This document shows positions 12,813-25,894 of a stretch of DNA of 64,000 nt, in pieces. How positions within the stretch are numbered: the stretch's first letter is position 1; each line of letters opens with the position of its first letter. The notes beneath the pieces are model-generated. The model did not search any database and was not told the origin of the DNA. It was given only the letters and a program-made list of their open reading frames with translations. A program made the translations under genes and the position numbers. This DNA is from Octopus vulgaris (Eukaryota): the NCBI GenBank assembly GCA_951406725.2, contig OX597824.1, forward strand, positions 35,402,001 through 35,466,000. Reading direction: 5' to 3'.

Positions 12813-13012
12813 TTGTGTGTCTGTGTTTGTCCACCCACTATCACTTGACAACCGATGCCGGTGTGTTTACGTCCCCGTAACTTAGCGGTTCGGCAAAAGA
12901 GACTGATAGAATAAGTACTAGGCTTACAGAGAATAAGCTATGGGGTCGATTTGCTCGACTAAAGGCGGTGCTCAAACATGGCCGCAGTCAAATAACTGAA
13001 ACAAGCAAAAGA
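12808..13012 (+). mobile_element. SINE family B, 3' half
   Basis: Matches 9280-9482. Confidence 0.85.
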
Positions 13013-13020
13013 ACTACAAA

Positions 13021-13194
13021 GAAAAAAACGAAGCCTTTTGGAATCGAATCCACATCTTCTGTAAGCATGACAGACATTCTACCATTGTAGCAAAACACTC
13101 CTTCGAACTTTTCTATTCATTGGTACAATGGTAGAACATTTATCTTGTTTACAGATGTGGGTTCGAATCCTACCGGGAACCTACGATTTTTTTC
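13021..13194. other. Head-to-head pair of tRNA-like cassettes
   Basis: 13021-13092 (minus) and 13121-13194 (plus) both read tg(g/c)tacaatggtagaa...gatgtgg(g/a)ttcga(a/t)tcc...cg(a)tttttttc. Confidence 0.65.
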
Positions 13195-13412
13195 CATTCA
13201 AGGTGTTTTATTAATCCAAAATTTATACACTACTATTTATAGCTTTATTAACTTCGAGTTCCAACTGAAAAAGCGATTTATTGCGTATCTTTATTTCAAT
13301 ATTATGGTTCGATTATATTTGTGCTTTTCGTTTAGTTATATCTAAATATATCTTTGTGAGTAAGTGAATACAAGTGTGTGTGTGTGTGTGCGTGCGTGCA
13401 CGCGCGTCGTTG

Positions 13413-13717
13413 TTGTTTGTTCCTTCTCGAGCCATGCCTGGCTCATAAGGACTGGTTTCCCGGTTTCCTTGGCGTATAGGTTCCCCACCTGGACAGGACG
13501 CCGGTTCGTCGCAGGTGAGCTGCAAGATGCAGGAGGAAAGAGTGAGCGAAAGTTGTGGCGAAGGAGTCAGTAGAAGTTCGCCATTACCTTCTGCCGGAGC
13601 CGCATGGAGCTCAGGTGTTTCGCTCTTAAACACACACATCGCCCGGTCTGAGATTCGAACCCGTGATCCCTCGACCGCGAGTCCGCTGCTCTAACCACTA
13701 GGCCATGTGCTCCACAT
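13413..13717 (-). mobile_element. SINE with family C-like head and V-domain-like 3' part, 17-bp TSD
   Basis: TSD gtgcacgcgcgtcgttg at 13396-13412 and 13718-13734; tRNA head tggcctagtggttagagcagcggactcgcggtc; cctgcgacgaaccggcgtcctgtccagg resembles the V-SINE domain. Confidence 0.85.
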
Positions 13718-14669
13718 GTGCACGCGCGTCGTTGCTGTACATTATATTCCTTTTTTTTCTTCTTTTATTGAGCCTTCTCGCTAATTCGTTTTGCAAGAAG
13801 AAATATTCTGCATATTACTGCAAATTATTTATCCAAATAAACTACTACATATTTATATGAATAACTGCTTCACAACGATGCATGTGAGTGTATATGTGAG
13901 AAAGGAGGAGAGAGAGGGAGAGAAGGAAAGGGAGAGACGGAGAGGGACTGAGAATGTTAGTGTTGAAACTGCACCCCAAAGTTTCCCCTAACTCCAACTC
14001 TAAAATTCTTTTTCTTCATGCTACTTTCTTCGATAATCTTTCTACCCTAATCCTATCCCCTTCAACCACCAAATCCCCGCCGTTCATTTTTTAAATTTTT
14101 TTATTTTCGTTTCTCTTTTATAATCCACAATCTTGAATGTATTTTCTCGTTTGTTCGCAAAACATTAACCCCAGACACAAGTCAATATAAAAGTTTTCTT
14201 TTCCTTTCGTCCGATATGTTTTCCAGACATGTTTTATTTGTCAAAGAACCTAAAATAAATAAATAAATAAAGTGTGAAAGCTAAAAAGAAAAAAAAACGA
14301 AAAAAAAAGCCAAATAATACAAGAAATGTAACGAAAGAGAGAAAAATAAAAAGAAATCAAAAGAACTTTTTTTTTACCATGCGGTTAGTGTAAACCTTCC
14401 TAACTATTGGAAAATGCGTTTCTCTTGCTTGTATCGTCAAGAGTTTGTCGAATTTCTATAGCAACACGTGTTAAACATCGATGCTAACGTGTAAAACTTT
14501 ACTTTCCTTTTATTCTTTATTCTTTATTCTTTATTCATTTTTTTTTCCTTCTCTCCATATGTTCCCACTTAGCTGTTACAGCAAAGCCAAGAGCAAGTGA
14601 GAAGTACGGCAACGGAAAGTACGAAATACAATAATATCAAAAGGCTACAGTTGTAGCAGCAATAAAATT

Positions 14670-14716
14670 AACTACTACTACTACTACTACTACTGCTGCT
14701 GCTGCTACTACTACTA

Positions 14717-14766
<50 letters not shown>

Positions 14767-14885
14767 TCTGCTGTTACTACTAATACTACTACCGCTTCCA
14801 CCACCACCACCACCATCACCACCACCACCACCACCACTACCACCATCACCACTACCACCACGATGATGACGATGGTGATGAAGGT

Positions 14886-14934
<49 letters not shown>

Positions 14935-15068
14935 GCTACTACTACAACTGCTGCTGCTGCTGTTTCTGCTATTACTACTAATACTACTACCGCTACCACC
15001 ACCACCACCACCACCACCACCACCACCACTACCACTACTACCACGATGATGACGACGGTGATGAAGGT

Positions 15069-15125
<57 letters not shown>

Positions 15126-15180
15126 CACTACTATTACTAACCACCACCATCATCACTGCTGCCATATCCATCATCACCAG
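14670..15180. repeat. Compound trinucleotide repeat (ACT/GCT/CAC/GAT) with internal tandem duplication
   Basis: Unique anchors gctgtttctgct and cgatgatgacga(t/c)ggtgatgaaggtt each occur twice, about 180-200 bp apart. Confidence 0.9.
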
Positions 15181-15599
15181 AAATGGTCTTGAAACCGTAA
15201 CGAATGTTTTATAGGTCTGTATTACAGAGGTGTTATCCATCCATATAGCACCAGTTCTAAAGGTATCCAGATTCTTCGGCGATTAACTGAGAGGACAGAT
15301 TGACAGTGTAACATATGTTAGTGTCAACATTCAACATCTTTCCCGCTGGAGAAAAAACATTTTTTTTAAAAATTGATGGGGTTAGTGTTGTTAAAATGAT
15401 TATTTATCCAAAATATAAATAACATAAATACTCTCTTATATCAACAGACAAGTTGTTTTTAATATGTTATTACTCTTATAAATACTATATTACCCGCATA
15501 TATAAACAAGTCTTCTATATTTTTGCATATGTGAAATGCATCTATGCATATGGGCATGTGCGGTTTCGTAGAAGTAATAATGCATGTATGTATGTGAGT

Positions 15600-15653
<54 letters not shown>

Positions 15654-17927
15654 AAATATATATATGTCAAGTGGCAAAAGATCGTTCGGTCTTTCACCAC
15701 AAACCGTGTTGACTGTTTTTGCAGCTGCATACAAACACTGAGATGGTTCCAGTCCTCTCTAAACTCCTCCATATAAATCGCCAAACGAAATGTAAACACG
15801 AACGAAATATAAATGTAAATCATCACTCACTTGTTTAGCATTAAATTTGACGAAAAAGTTTCTGAGACAAGTGACGACTGTAATCGTCATTTCTGATTGA
15901 CTTCAGAAAATAAGAAAAGAAAAAAAAAAAGAAAAAGCTTCATCTTTAATCTTCTACGTTATAAACCTGTAACCTAGTAAGGAACTCTTAACTGAATTCC
16001 AATCCAATAGATTACACATATATTGGTATTTTCACCATTTATTCTTACTGTGCAGTTTCTTTTCCAATTTCAAGCGGTCTCTACAGTCAGAACAGGTTCA
16101 AAAAAGCATGCCCAAAATCACCATCTCCTTTTATTCTCCTAAAAATTCTGCAATATAATCCTGGGAAACTAATGATTTGACTCTAACAAAGCACAAACAC
16201 GAACCACCTGGGAAGCATCGTAAGCTTTATTACAATTTGCATAAAAATTTCTCACATCCGCGACGTAATTATTGGATTCTCTAAGAAAGTACGGGACATT
16301 AATAGAACAGAAATTTCATTGAAAAATTGGTTACCTTAGTTTATAAGCTGACTTAAAAATATAAGACTGGTTACTTTCGTTTTTTGTATTTGGTTTGCAA
16401 GATTCTTGATGTGAAATCGTATGTTGAAACATATTTTGTTGAATCTCAGGAAGTTCATTCTGCCAATGCGTGTTTGTTATTGGCATAATGACCCACCTGA
16501 GATACAGCAGAAAACGGATTACTTCATTACATTAAAAAACGTATTTTATGTTATGTTTATATTACACGGACTTCTAGAGTTTGTTAACTGGTTTTGCTGA
16601 TATGGTCTAGAAAATATAATGGAAATAGTAAAATGAGTAATGTTATGGACTATTATCTCAGACGTCTTCAACTGAAACCCGTTGCATGTTTTTCTTTGTA
16701 TAACTGAGAAGTAGAGGCATCTAATGTCATCAAGTTGTCAGGAATTGGTGTCAGATCATGTCTTACCCCACATAGACTGGCATTCTAGTTAGGAAAAGAT
16801 TTAGTTCTTCTACTTAATGCCAAGACAGTAAGACTAAGTGTCGGTTCATAAAAGTCCTTCATGCTATGGTGACATTTACATCTCAAAGGTTAGCTTTTAC
16901 TCTTCATTGCTAGAACTAATTCAACTTTAAACAGCTGCTAACTTTATACAAAGGACAAGTGTGATTCTTGTGTGACTTAACTGCATACATAAATATACTC
17001 TACTGCCTCCGAAAGAAAAAGGCAATCCACTTGACTGGTAAATAATCACAAACGAACCCTCTACGACTATTCGCAGACCGACTTATAGTACAATACAAGC
17101 TGTGTATCTCATACTGCCCTACTCTTACTTTTGTAACCTTTACTGAGGCTATTTCCCTCCACCGCCGCCACCAAATCCTAATATTAACAGTTTCCAGTTC
17201 TTCCTTCCTAAAACTAAAGCTCTGTTGAATACTCTATCATGTTACCCCAAAACACCTGCCAAAAGAAATTTAAGTAGAATATTACCTTTACTGAAGCCAC
17301 TCTCCTGGAACGGCCTGGAAAGACTGTGTCCACATCCACTACTCCGTGGATAGGAGGAATTTGACAAAAGGGTAAGATGCTGGGAAACAGTTCGTCATTT
17401 AGAGATCTGTCACATGGAGAAGTGCACTCATGTAAGAAATTATGTGTACACGTCAGTTATCTAAATATAAGAATACATTTTACTACAAGCATTACAGAAA
17501 CACCCGTATTCTGTTCATTTTATCATTTTCCTTAATTTCAGACACTGGAGCGTGGCTAAATTGAAGCATCGCCTTGAACGGATTATTAAATTCTTATTGA
17601 GTTTGATATTTAATTTAGTTTGGTATTCATTTTGACAATTTATATTTGTCGAACTGCTGAGTTACGTGATATAAAGGGACATGTCACCACTTGTTTACGA
17701 AGCAAACTTAACCACTGGATTATGCCGGTGCTCATGAGCATAGAATATATTATATGTATAAATATACAAATTATCTGACTGGTATAACTTTCAGTAATGT
17801 ATCGAGAACTGGTGGGGGATTTTTGCTATTTTTGTTTTTATCTTAAAATATTTATTGTTCCTTTTTCCAAACTGTCTTATTTGTCAGAAATCAACAAAAG
17901 ACCAAATAACGAGATACATTTTTTTAA

Positions 17928-18352
17928 TTTTATTTTTATTTTATCTAGTTTCAGCTCACGAGCTGTGGCCATGCTGGGGCACCGCCATTTGGTGTTGCTA
18001 CATGATTTTACTTCACGAATGCTTTTTAGCAATTGCCATTTGGTGCATGAGAGAGTTCAATGCAGCTGCCCTCATCTGCACCTCCTGCCGTGAAGTTGGT
18101 TCATCTGGGACACCTGACAGGAAGAGATCCAGTTTTATTTTAAAGACATCTGCATCCACCCCATGCAGGTCTTTCAGGTTCTTCGGGAGGATATTGAAGA
18201 GCTGTGGGCCTCTGAAGTCCAGGCTATCACAATATCATGTCCTACATCTTGATGGCAAATTTGGAGTCCTTGGCGCTATGCAGTGGCGCCCAGTTCTAGC
18301 ATTTGTGTAACTCTCGATGCCAAAGTTTGGGACAAGTCCTTCTAGGATATAT
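17928..18352 (-). mobile_element. CR1-like LINE 3' end, related to 6550-6955
   Basis: Minus strand encodes ...RGPQLFNILPKNLKDLHGVDADVFKIKLDLFLSGVPDEP...; tail ggcggtgccccagcatggccacagctcgtgagctgaaac. Confidence 0.8.
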
Positions 18353-18509
18353 CTTTCGGCGGGTCTCTACAAAGGCATTCGTTTGTCATACGTTGCTATC
18401 ATTTCACATTTAGGGCCATTCGCAGCAGCATCCTTGTGTAGCAGCCATCTACCCTGTTGATAATTTCTTTATCGGTGTCCACGTTTCCCTGCTATATAAT
18501 AGCCCTGAT

Positions 18510-18773
18510 TCGACAGTTGCAATGAAAGTTTGTGAGAAGATCAGGCGAAGACGGCTGCGAATGTCTGTTCACTGCGTGTGCCACCTTGGACTAGAAGCAT
18601 CCAAATTAGTTTTTTGGAACCCACTTCATGGTGATGTAAAAAGAGGAAAACGTTGTCTCACCTGCATCGACAAACTTGATTGCAGACACTGGCCTGGACA
18701 TCGAGGCTGTGATGCTGGACCGAGAAGTGTAGTGGGTGGACTTTGTTTCCGCGATCCGGGTTAAAACCCGGCC

Positions 18774-18828
<55 letters not shown>
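18510..18828 (+). mobile_element. RTE-group LINE 3' end with (TAA)n tail
   Basis: KIRRRRLRMSVHCVCH...ASKLVFWNPLHGDVKRGK..TCIDKL matches the RTE post-RT motif RRLRxAGHCxRH...SKLVLWxPxHG..RGR..TYID. Confidence 0.75.
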
Positions 18829-18829
<1 letters not shown>

Positions 18830-18890
18830 TACGGAGATGTACTTGCATAGCAAGTGATTTGATCTGAGATCGTGTGCTGAAACGAAAACA

Positions 18891-19087
18891 ATTGCAGCGT
18901 GGAAGGTGTTTGTAAGCCATTTAAGAAATACACAAAAGCCGTTCGAGTCACTTGAACATTTAAGTTTAATTTGTCAAAATATTTTCATCGCTATAAGACC
19001 GCGACAAATTAAACTTAAATGTTGAAGTGAATCGAACGGCTTTTGTGTGTTTCTTAAATGGCTTACAAACACCTTCCACGCTGCAAT
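18891..19087. mobile_element. Foldback copy of PLE-type family G (85-bp arms, 27-bp spacer)
   Basis: 18891-18975 is the reverse complement of 19003-19087; same family as 29960-30137. Confidence 0.85.
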
Positions 19088-19100
19088 AATAATAATAATG

Positions 19101-19238
<138 letters not shown>

Positions 19239-19254
19239 TTTATAATAATCCTTT

Positions 19255-19484
19255 AATATAACGCTTCATGAAAATATGTCATGTGGCATATTAAGAATAT
19301 TGGAGCTGCTGTCAGGCTCGAGGTGATCCAGAAGATAGCATTGTTGGATACAGCTCGCATTCTACGGAGAGTATTGACTCTGAGTCACAGGAGAAGGCAC
19401 TACTTGAAACCTTTGGTGATTTGTTGTTGCCTGCTTTCAAGTAAAGATTAACCGGTAATTAAGAACTATCCGAGAAACTATCCA

Positions 19485-19522
<38 letters not shown>

Positions 19523-19570
19523 GCAGCAGCAGCAGCAGCAGCAACAACAACAACAACAACAATAATAATA
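19255..19570 (+). mobile_element. Dong/R4-clade LINE 3' end in (TAA)n context
   Basis: From 19281: MWHIKNIGAAVRLEVIQKIALLDTARILRRVL, matching the QKxxLLGTARILRxVL C-terminal motif of R4/Dong elements; directly follows (TAA)n. Confidence 0.75.
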
Positions 19571-19693
19571 TAAAGATAATGGTATGAAATACAGACCATA
19601 CTGTGAAATATAATCCACAAGAGAATATGTAAATCGATCATAAGAAACACAGATTTTATAATTGTTATATAATTGTTATAATGTTATAATGTG

Positions 19694-19743
<50 letters not shown>

Positions 19744-19817
19744 TATATATACATATATATATATGTGTGTATATATATATATATACACATATATATATGT
19801 GTGTGTGTGTGTGTATG

Positions 19818-19869
<52 letters not shown>

Positions 19870-19886
19870 CATATATATATACATGT

Positions 19887-20049
19887 AGGCGCAGGAGTGG
19901 GTGTGTGGTAAGTAGCTTGTTTACCAACCACATGGTTCCGGGTTCAGTCCCACTGCGTGGCACCTTGGGCAAGTGTCTTCTACTATAGCCTCGGGCCAAC
20001 CAAAGCCTTGTGAGGGGATTTGGTAGGCGGAAACTGAAAGAAGCCCGTC

Positions 20050-20097
<48 letters not shown>

Positions 20098-20290
20098 TTG
20101 TGTGTCTGCGTGTGTCCCCCTAGCATTGCTTGACAACCGATGCTGGTGTGTTTATGTCCCCGTTCCTTAGCGGTTCGGCAAAAGAGAACGATAGAATAAG
20201 TACTGGGCTTACAACGAATAAGTCCCGGGGTCGAGTTGCTCGATTAAAGGCGGTAGTCAAATGACTGAAACAAGTAAAAGAGTAAAGAGA
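19887..20290 (+). mobile_element. SINE family B, near full length
   Basis: Matches 9041-9482. Confidence 0.9.
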
Positions 20291-20299
20291 ATATATATA

Positions 20300-20350
<51 letters not shown>

Positions 20351-20489
20351 GTATATGTATATGTTTATTCTTATTTTGTTCATGTGTTTACATCCACCCA
20401 TTATTATCATTACATATGCTTGTATGTATGTATGTATGTATGTATGTATAACAACAATGTTAGTAATAATAATAATAAATTGAATCGAA

Positions 20490-20538
<49 letters not shown>

Positions 20539-20549
20539 CATATACATAT

Positions 20550-20630
<81 letters not shown>

Positions 20631-20734
20631 TTTATTTATTTATCTGTGTATTTATTATGTTTTCAGGATCCTCTATCGTCATAAAACAAAAAAAAAAAAA
20701 AAAAAAAAAAAAAGAATACAAAATACAAATTACA

Positions 20735-21126
20735 TGAACATATATAAACAGAAGATACAAATATTACAGGCATCCCACATACACACACTAAATAAACATA
20801 AACGCACATAGAGATATAAGCATGCGCAAATGAAGACATACAATAGAAATACAAAATGGCTGACGGTTAGTAAGGAGAGACACAAATAAGTGAGAAGAAA
20901 ACAAAGGACCACTGATGCGGTCACAGGAGTGTGACGAAAGAACTCTGGCCGAAATAAGATTAAGATTAATGTAAAAAATAAATAACACTGAAGCAAAGTA
21001 ACACCAAATATATAGTGCGTGTGTTTTTATTGGCTAAACTGGCAAAATGACCATTCCGAAATATAACAATATCTGTTTCAACACACGACTTCACATAAAA
21101 AATCTTGCACAACAAATATTTAAACG
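20735..21126 (+). mobile_element. PLE pseudo-LTR of the 34233-35520 family, hammerhead at 20907-20950
   Basis: Alignable over about 380 bp to 34233-34610 (reverse) and 35190-35520. Confidence 0.8.
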
Positions 21127-21160
<34 letters not shown>

Positions 21161-21166
21161 TTATTT

Positions 21167-21498
21167 AAGTGTCCTCTACTACAACCTCGGGCTGACCAAA
21201 GCTTTGTGAGTGGATTTGGTAGACGGAAACTGAAAGAAGCCCGTCGTATATATGTATATATATGTATATACATATGTATATGTGTGTATATGTTTGTGTG
21301 TCTGTGTTTGTCCCCCCCAAATCGCTTGACAACCGATAGTGGTGCGTTTGCGTCCCCGTAACTTAGCGGTTCGGCAAAAAAGACCTATAGAATAAGTACT
21401 ACGCTTACAAAGAATAAGTCCTGGGGCCGAGTTGCTCGACTAAAGGCGGTGCTCCAGCATGGCCGCCGCCAAATGACTGAAGCAAGTAAAAGAGTAAA
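21167..21498 (+). mobile_element. SINE family B, 5' truncated
   Basis: Matches family B body and tail. Confidence 0.88.
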
Positions 21499-21550
21499 GG
21501 GTATAAATATAAATAAACGTGCGCGCACACTTGTATGTATGTATATGAAC

Positions 21551-21629
<79 letters not shown>

Positions 21630-21834
21630 TATGTGTGAATTTGTGTGTGTTTGTATGTATCTATTATACATATATATATGTGCGTGTGTACGTATTTATA
21701 TATATACATATATCAACTTACATAAACAAATTAAAAACACCCTCCAACTGCAGTGTAAACGCTACACAACAGATAGAATACACAACCAATGACACATATC
21801 GAAGCCATCCACAAATACCAACTATATATATATG

Positions 21835-22270
21835 CTAGCAGTATAGCCCGGCGTTGCTCGGGTTTGTTTTTTAGTTGCGCTTAAAACGGCAGACTTTGAT
21901 GTCGCGTTAACAAAGTTTTGATATTGTTTTAATCTTTTTTGAAAAGTAAAAATTTTGCATTATGTAACTTGTTATCCTCAATAAGTGAATATTTTTCTGG
22001 TTGAAATACACCGAAAAATGGCGACTCGGCAGCCAAAAAGTCGTAAAAAGTAGGGATTTTCGTAGAAAAAAAGAAACACCTTTTTGATGTAAATAATTTT
22101 TGGTCTGAACATGGTCCAATTTGGATTTTTTGCTACAGAATGAAGAGCAAAACTTCTTCTATCATACTCTCAATTTTGGTCAACTTCCGCCGCAGGGTCT
22201 CGAAGGAGATAGTGTTTGTTGAAGGCTACCAAACCTGCCCCCCCCCCAGAGACAACTTCAGTTTTATATG
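21835..22270 (-). mobile_element. Non-autonomous Helitron-like element
   Basis: Minus-strand 3' end: hairpin cccgag-caac-gccggg followed by about 8 nt and terminal CTAG (21835-21838); no TSD seen. Confidence 0.55.
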
Positions 22271-22368
22271 TATGTGTGTGTGTATATATAAATTAATAAA
22301 TAAAACATATGCATATATACATACATATATGTACGTACCTACCTCTACATGTATATATAAATGCATAT

Positions 22369-22690
22369 AAGGGTACAGGACACCAAAAAAAAAAACGTCG
22401 AACACAATGAGAAACGAAAACATAAACACAAAACCAAGGAACTGGACATTTTTCTTAAACAACGAAAAAATAGAGTACAGGACAAATAACACAAAGAAAA
22501 TTCCCCTTCTTCAGTCACCATGGTTTCATCTACTCTGCGTTTCTAAGGTGACGGCGATACGCATCTTCGATAGAAACTTTCCTTCCCGCGAAAAGCAAAT
22601 TAAATAAAATTTGAGATCTTTTTGCGGAGGGGTAAAAATGGTAACAAAAACAGGACAGTAACGACAATTCAAAATATAAACAGTAAAAGA
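22369..22690 (-). mobile_element. PLE-type terminal repeat family E
   Basis: Second copy in opposite orientation at 33398-33572; degenerate ctatcgaaga...gaaacgc motif on the minus strand. Confidence 0.5.
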
Positions 22691-22854
22691 CGTTGGTATT
22701 TGTGAATGGGTCCGATATATGTTATTCTATTGGTTGTGTGTTCTATCTGTTGTGTAGAGTTTTTATATTGCATGCAATTTTAGTTGGAGGGTGTTATGTA
22801 ATTTGTTATGTAAGTATTAATTTGTTTATGTAAGTTGGTTTGTGTAGTCACGTT

Positions 22855-22905
22855 AGTTTCGCCTGATGATCGCACTGGCGTGAAACTCGAGTCGTAAGAA
22901 AACTC
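22855..22905 (+). ncRNA. Degenerate minimal hammerhead motif
   Basis: agtttcgc-CTGATGA-t-cgc-actg-gcg-t-GAAAC-tcga-GTC-gtaagaaaact; palindromic stem III ACTCGAGT, weak stems I and II. Confidence 0.5.
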
Positions 22906-24643
22906 AATTTCCACTACAACATGCATAAAATGCTCCTTTCTCGTGCCTATCTGGAGAATTATGTCTAGCTTGACGAATAACAAAATGACCGTTGAGTTGC
23001 CTTTGCCTAATTTTCTTCCTTTAATATCTGAAAATCAGTGAGGAAATATAACTAAATACTGCTTCTTACAATTAGATTGCCTGAGTCTTGCTTGGTTTGC
23101 TCAGTTCATTGAATATGAGGCATTTAATTTCCTTGTATTGTCCACCTGGTTGCTCAGCTTGTTAGAAATAATAACCTAAATTCCCTCAAATTACACCCAG
23201 TCGTGTTTGAAAAGGAAGGCTGATTGGACGATATAGTCTAAAATAGACAACAAAATAGACGAGATGGTCATTGCCAGAATGCTCTTTATCATAGGTTTGC
23301 GCAGTTAAATCTGTCAAGGGGACTAATATGTTAAGACTAACGTGCATGTAGGGAATATTAAGCTCCCAGATATCTACGCCATGTGTATTAGGTGATATTT
23401 TGAATTATTCTCACTAGATTTGAGCAGTAATTTATCTTTACAAGTGATGACGTGATGACAATCTCTGTCATGTCTCACAGTTTCCATTGTCCTAAAACTA
23501 ATCAATCGTAAACAATAATAGAAGATTACATTTCCAGACGACTGATTTCAGTAATACTTTCTCTAAATGATTGACACTAAATCCTGAGCAATCTTTCACT
23601 GCGCTCCATCAAATAGACACGTCCTATTTAAAAGACCATCACAGTCCCTGTTGTAAGAGATAACAGTTGTCTGTTCAGTGCCAAATTATCAACTGGCTTA
23701 CCTGTCTCCTTTGTAATCTATATTTAATAGACCACTCGCCCACTATTATAGGCGTCGCTTGATAAATAAACACAAAGCCATTGATAATCTGGTGTGTGTG
23801 GTCTAGGAATCACTATATTAGCCAAATGGATCCTGCAGCGTACGTACATCAGTAAGTTTCATGGGAAGGGGAATTAGTGTTCTCTACAAACCGAGCATAT
23901 TATATACACGCCACCTCTGTCTTCTTTTTGAATTAGATGTAGATGGTAATAGAATTGCGTGTTTTTAGATCAGTGCGTCTTTAGAAAGACATTTGTCCAT
24001 TGTTTAAAATAAACTCAAGTCATGGGAAGTACGCTATGATTTAAAAGAGGGTGGGGGATAATAGTAGTTTAATAGTTTGCTGTAACAGACATTGTAGTTG
24101 TGGTGAAAGAATGAAAAAATCTTATTGACACGATGATTATAAACTTCGGTCCGATCTCAGCAGTAGGACAGACAGCAGGTAGAAGAAGCAGGTTGTGAAT
24201 TCCACTTAAAATTTGTCACACTTGAGATCTGTCAAATTAAGTCTTATTTACTTCACAACAAAAATATCAACAACCTTAAGAAATGATGAGTTGAAAAGAA
24301 GAAAAAAAAAATGATTGGTTAAATATGAAGGAATGAACCAAAGTTGATGTAATGGATTATAAACGTTTTCTTGACAAATCTTTTGGTATTGAACTGCGCT
24401 CGTTCTATTTAATTTTTTTAATGTTTGTCAATAGGTTAACCATTTAACCAATAAACTAATCGAATGAAGCAGACTTGTAGTAGAGAAGGCATGTATAGGA
24501 TTTTGACAACAACAGCTGACCAATTAATTGATTGACCGAACGATTAATCAATCAATTAGTTAAAGGATTAATCAATTAACAAATAAAAATGATTAAAAAA
24601 AGTGAACTATAACCAACGTGAGTATCTATTATTTACATAATGT

Positions 24644-24833
24644 AAGGCGGCGAGCTGGCGTATTCGTTAGCGACATTTCGTCCGCCTTTGCGCTCTGAGT
24701 TCAAATTCCGCCGAGGTCCACTTCACTTTCATCCTTTCGGGGTTGGTAGGATGAGTACCAGTGTGCACTAGGGTCGATGTAATCTACTAGCCTCTCTTCG
24801 AAACTGCTGGCCTTGTGCCAAAATTTGAAACCA
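24644..24833 (+). mobile_element. SINE family A, older subfamily with alternative tail
   Basis: Head aaggcggcgagctggc; tail ctggccttgtgccaaaatttgaaacca. Confidence 0.8.
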
Positions 24834-25894
24834 TTTAAAAAAATTATTTTGCATAATGATCCTTCCGAGATACAATAAATGATCATATAATATTTCATCT
24901 AGTTATGGGGTTTGATCTAGAAGAAAATTGAATTTTTAACAAAGTATTGTTTTACATTAAACACTTCTTATGTCTTAATTTCTTGTCAATAAAAACAATG
25001 GAAGAGACAAGAGGACACCTTGCTGAACTGCATTGAGAGCGTGTTTACGGGATTAACAGCAACTTTGCAGATACATATGTCCCAGTATAGAAAGTCCTGA
25101 GCTTTTTTAGCGCCAACTGATAAGAGCCGAAATATTTTCAGACCAAGAAAAGAAAGACTAATTTTTGCGATAGGAATTTGACAGTATTCCATGTAAGAAC
25201 ATCGTTGATTTCCTTATGTTTATCTTCCTTGAGAAAAGCACAAATATCATCTAATTTTAATTCCTCTTCACAATACATCTGTGACTGCATGTTTAAGCGA
25301 TCCTTATTCAAGTAATAACGTGCTAATGACGATGATCATTTCTCTCAGATATCAAACATGATAGTATCCTACTTTTATTGGGAAAAAGTTGAACTGCTTG
25401 TTAATATTTCCTGATAACGCCATCTATGTTATTATATGGTGTTATATATAGAGAAATATTAAACAACAAGGCATATAAAGGTTGGACATTATACGTCGTT
25501 ATGTAGACAGTCACGATGGCTTTAATATCAATGGTGATGTCGTGGCTGACGATGATAAGAATGACTACGACGACGACGAGGGCAAACACAACAACAGGTG
25601 CAAACCACAATTCATTTTGATGAATTCCTATTATATGAGACAGCTTTGTAGAGGATAAGAGAGGTTGTGATGAAAATTCATGGGTCATTCGTAGCCAACG
25701 GAAATATATATCTATAATAATATTTCACCTGAAGGGCTGAAACAAATTAGAAAAGATGACATTTGTAAGCAGATAACTGTTTGCTTTTCTTGTTTTTTTT
25801 TGTTTGTTTTTGTAATTGTTTTTTTTTGTTCGTGGTATAACAATTCCTTTTCTCTTGTAAAATGTAAATGGTGCAAACCATTTGCGAGGCTTCC

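Noticed and set aside
25401-25688. Minus-strand ORF with a transmembrane-like Val run
   Set aside because: The hydrophobic stretch arises from degenerate (GAC/AAC)n low-complexity sequence.
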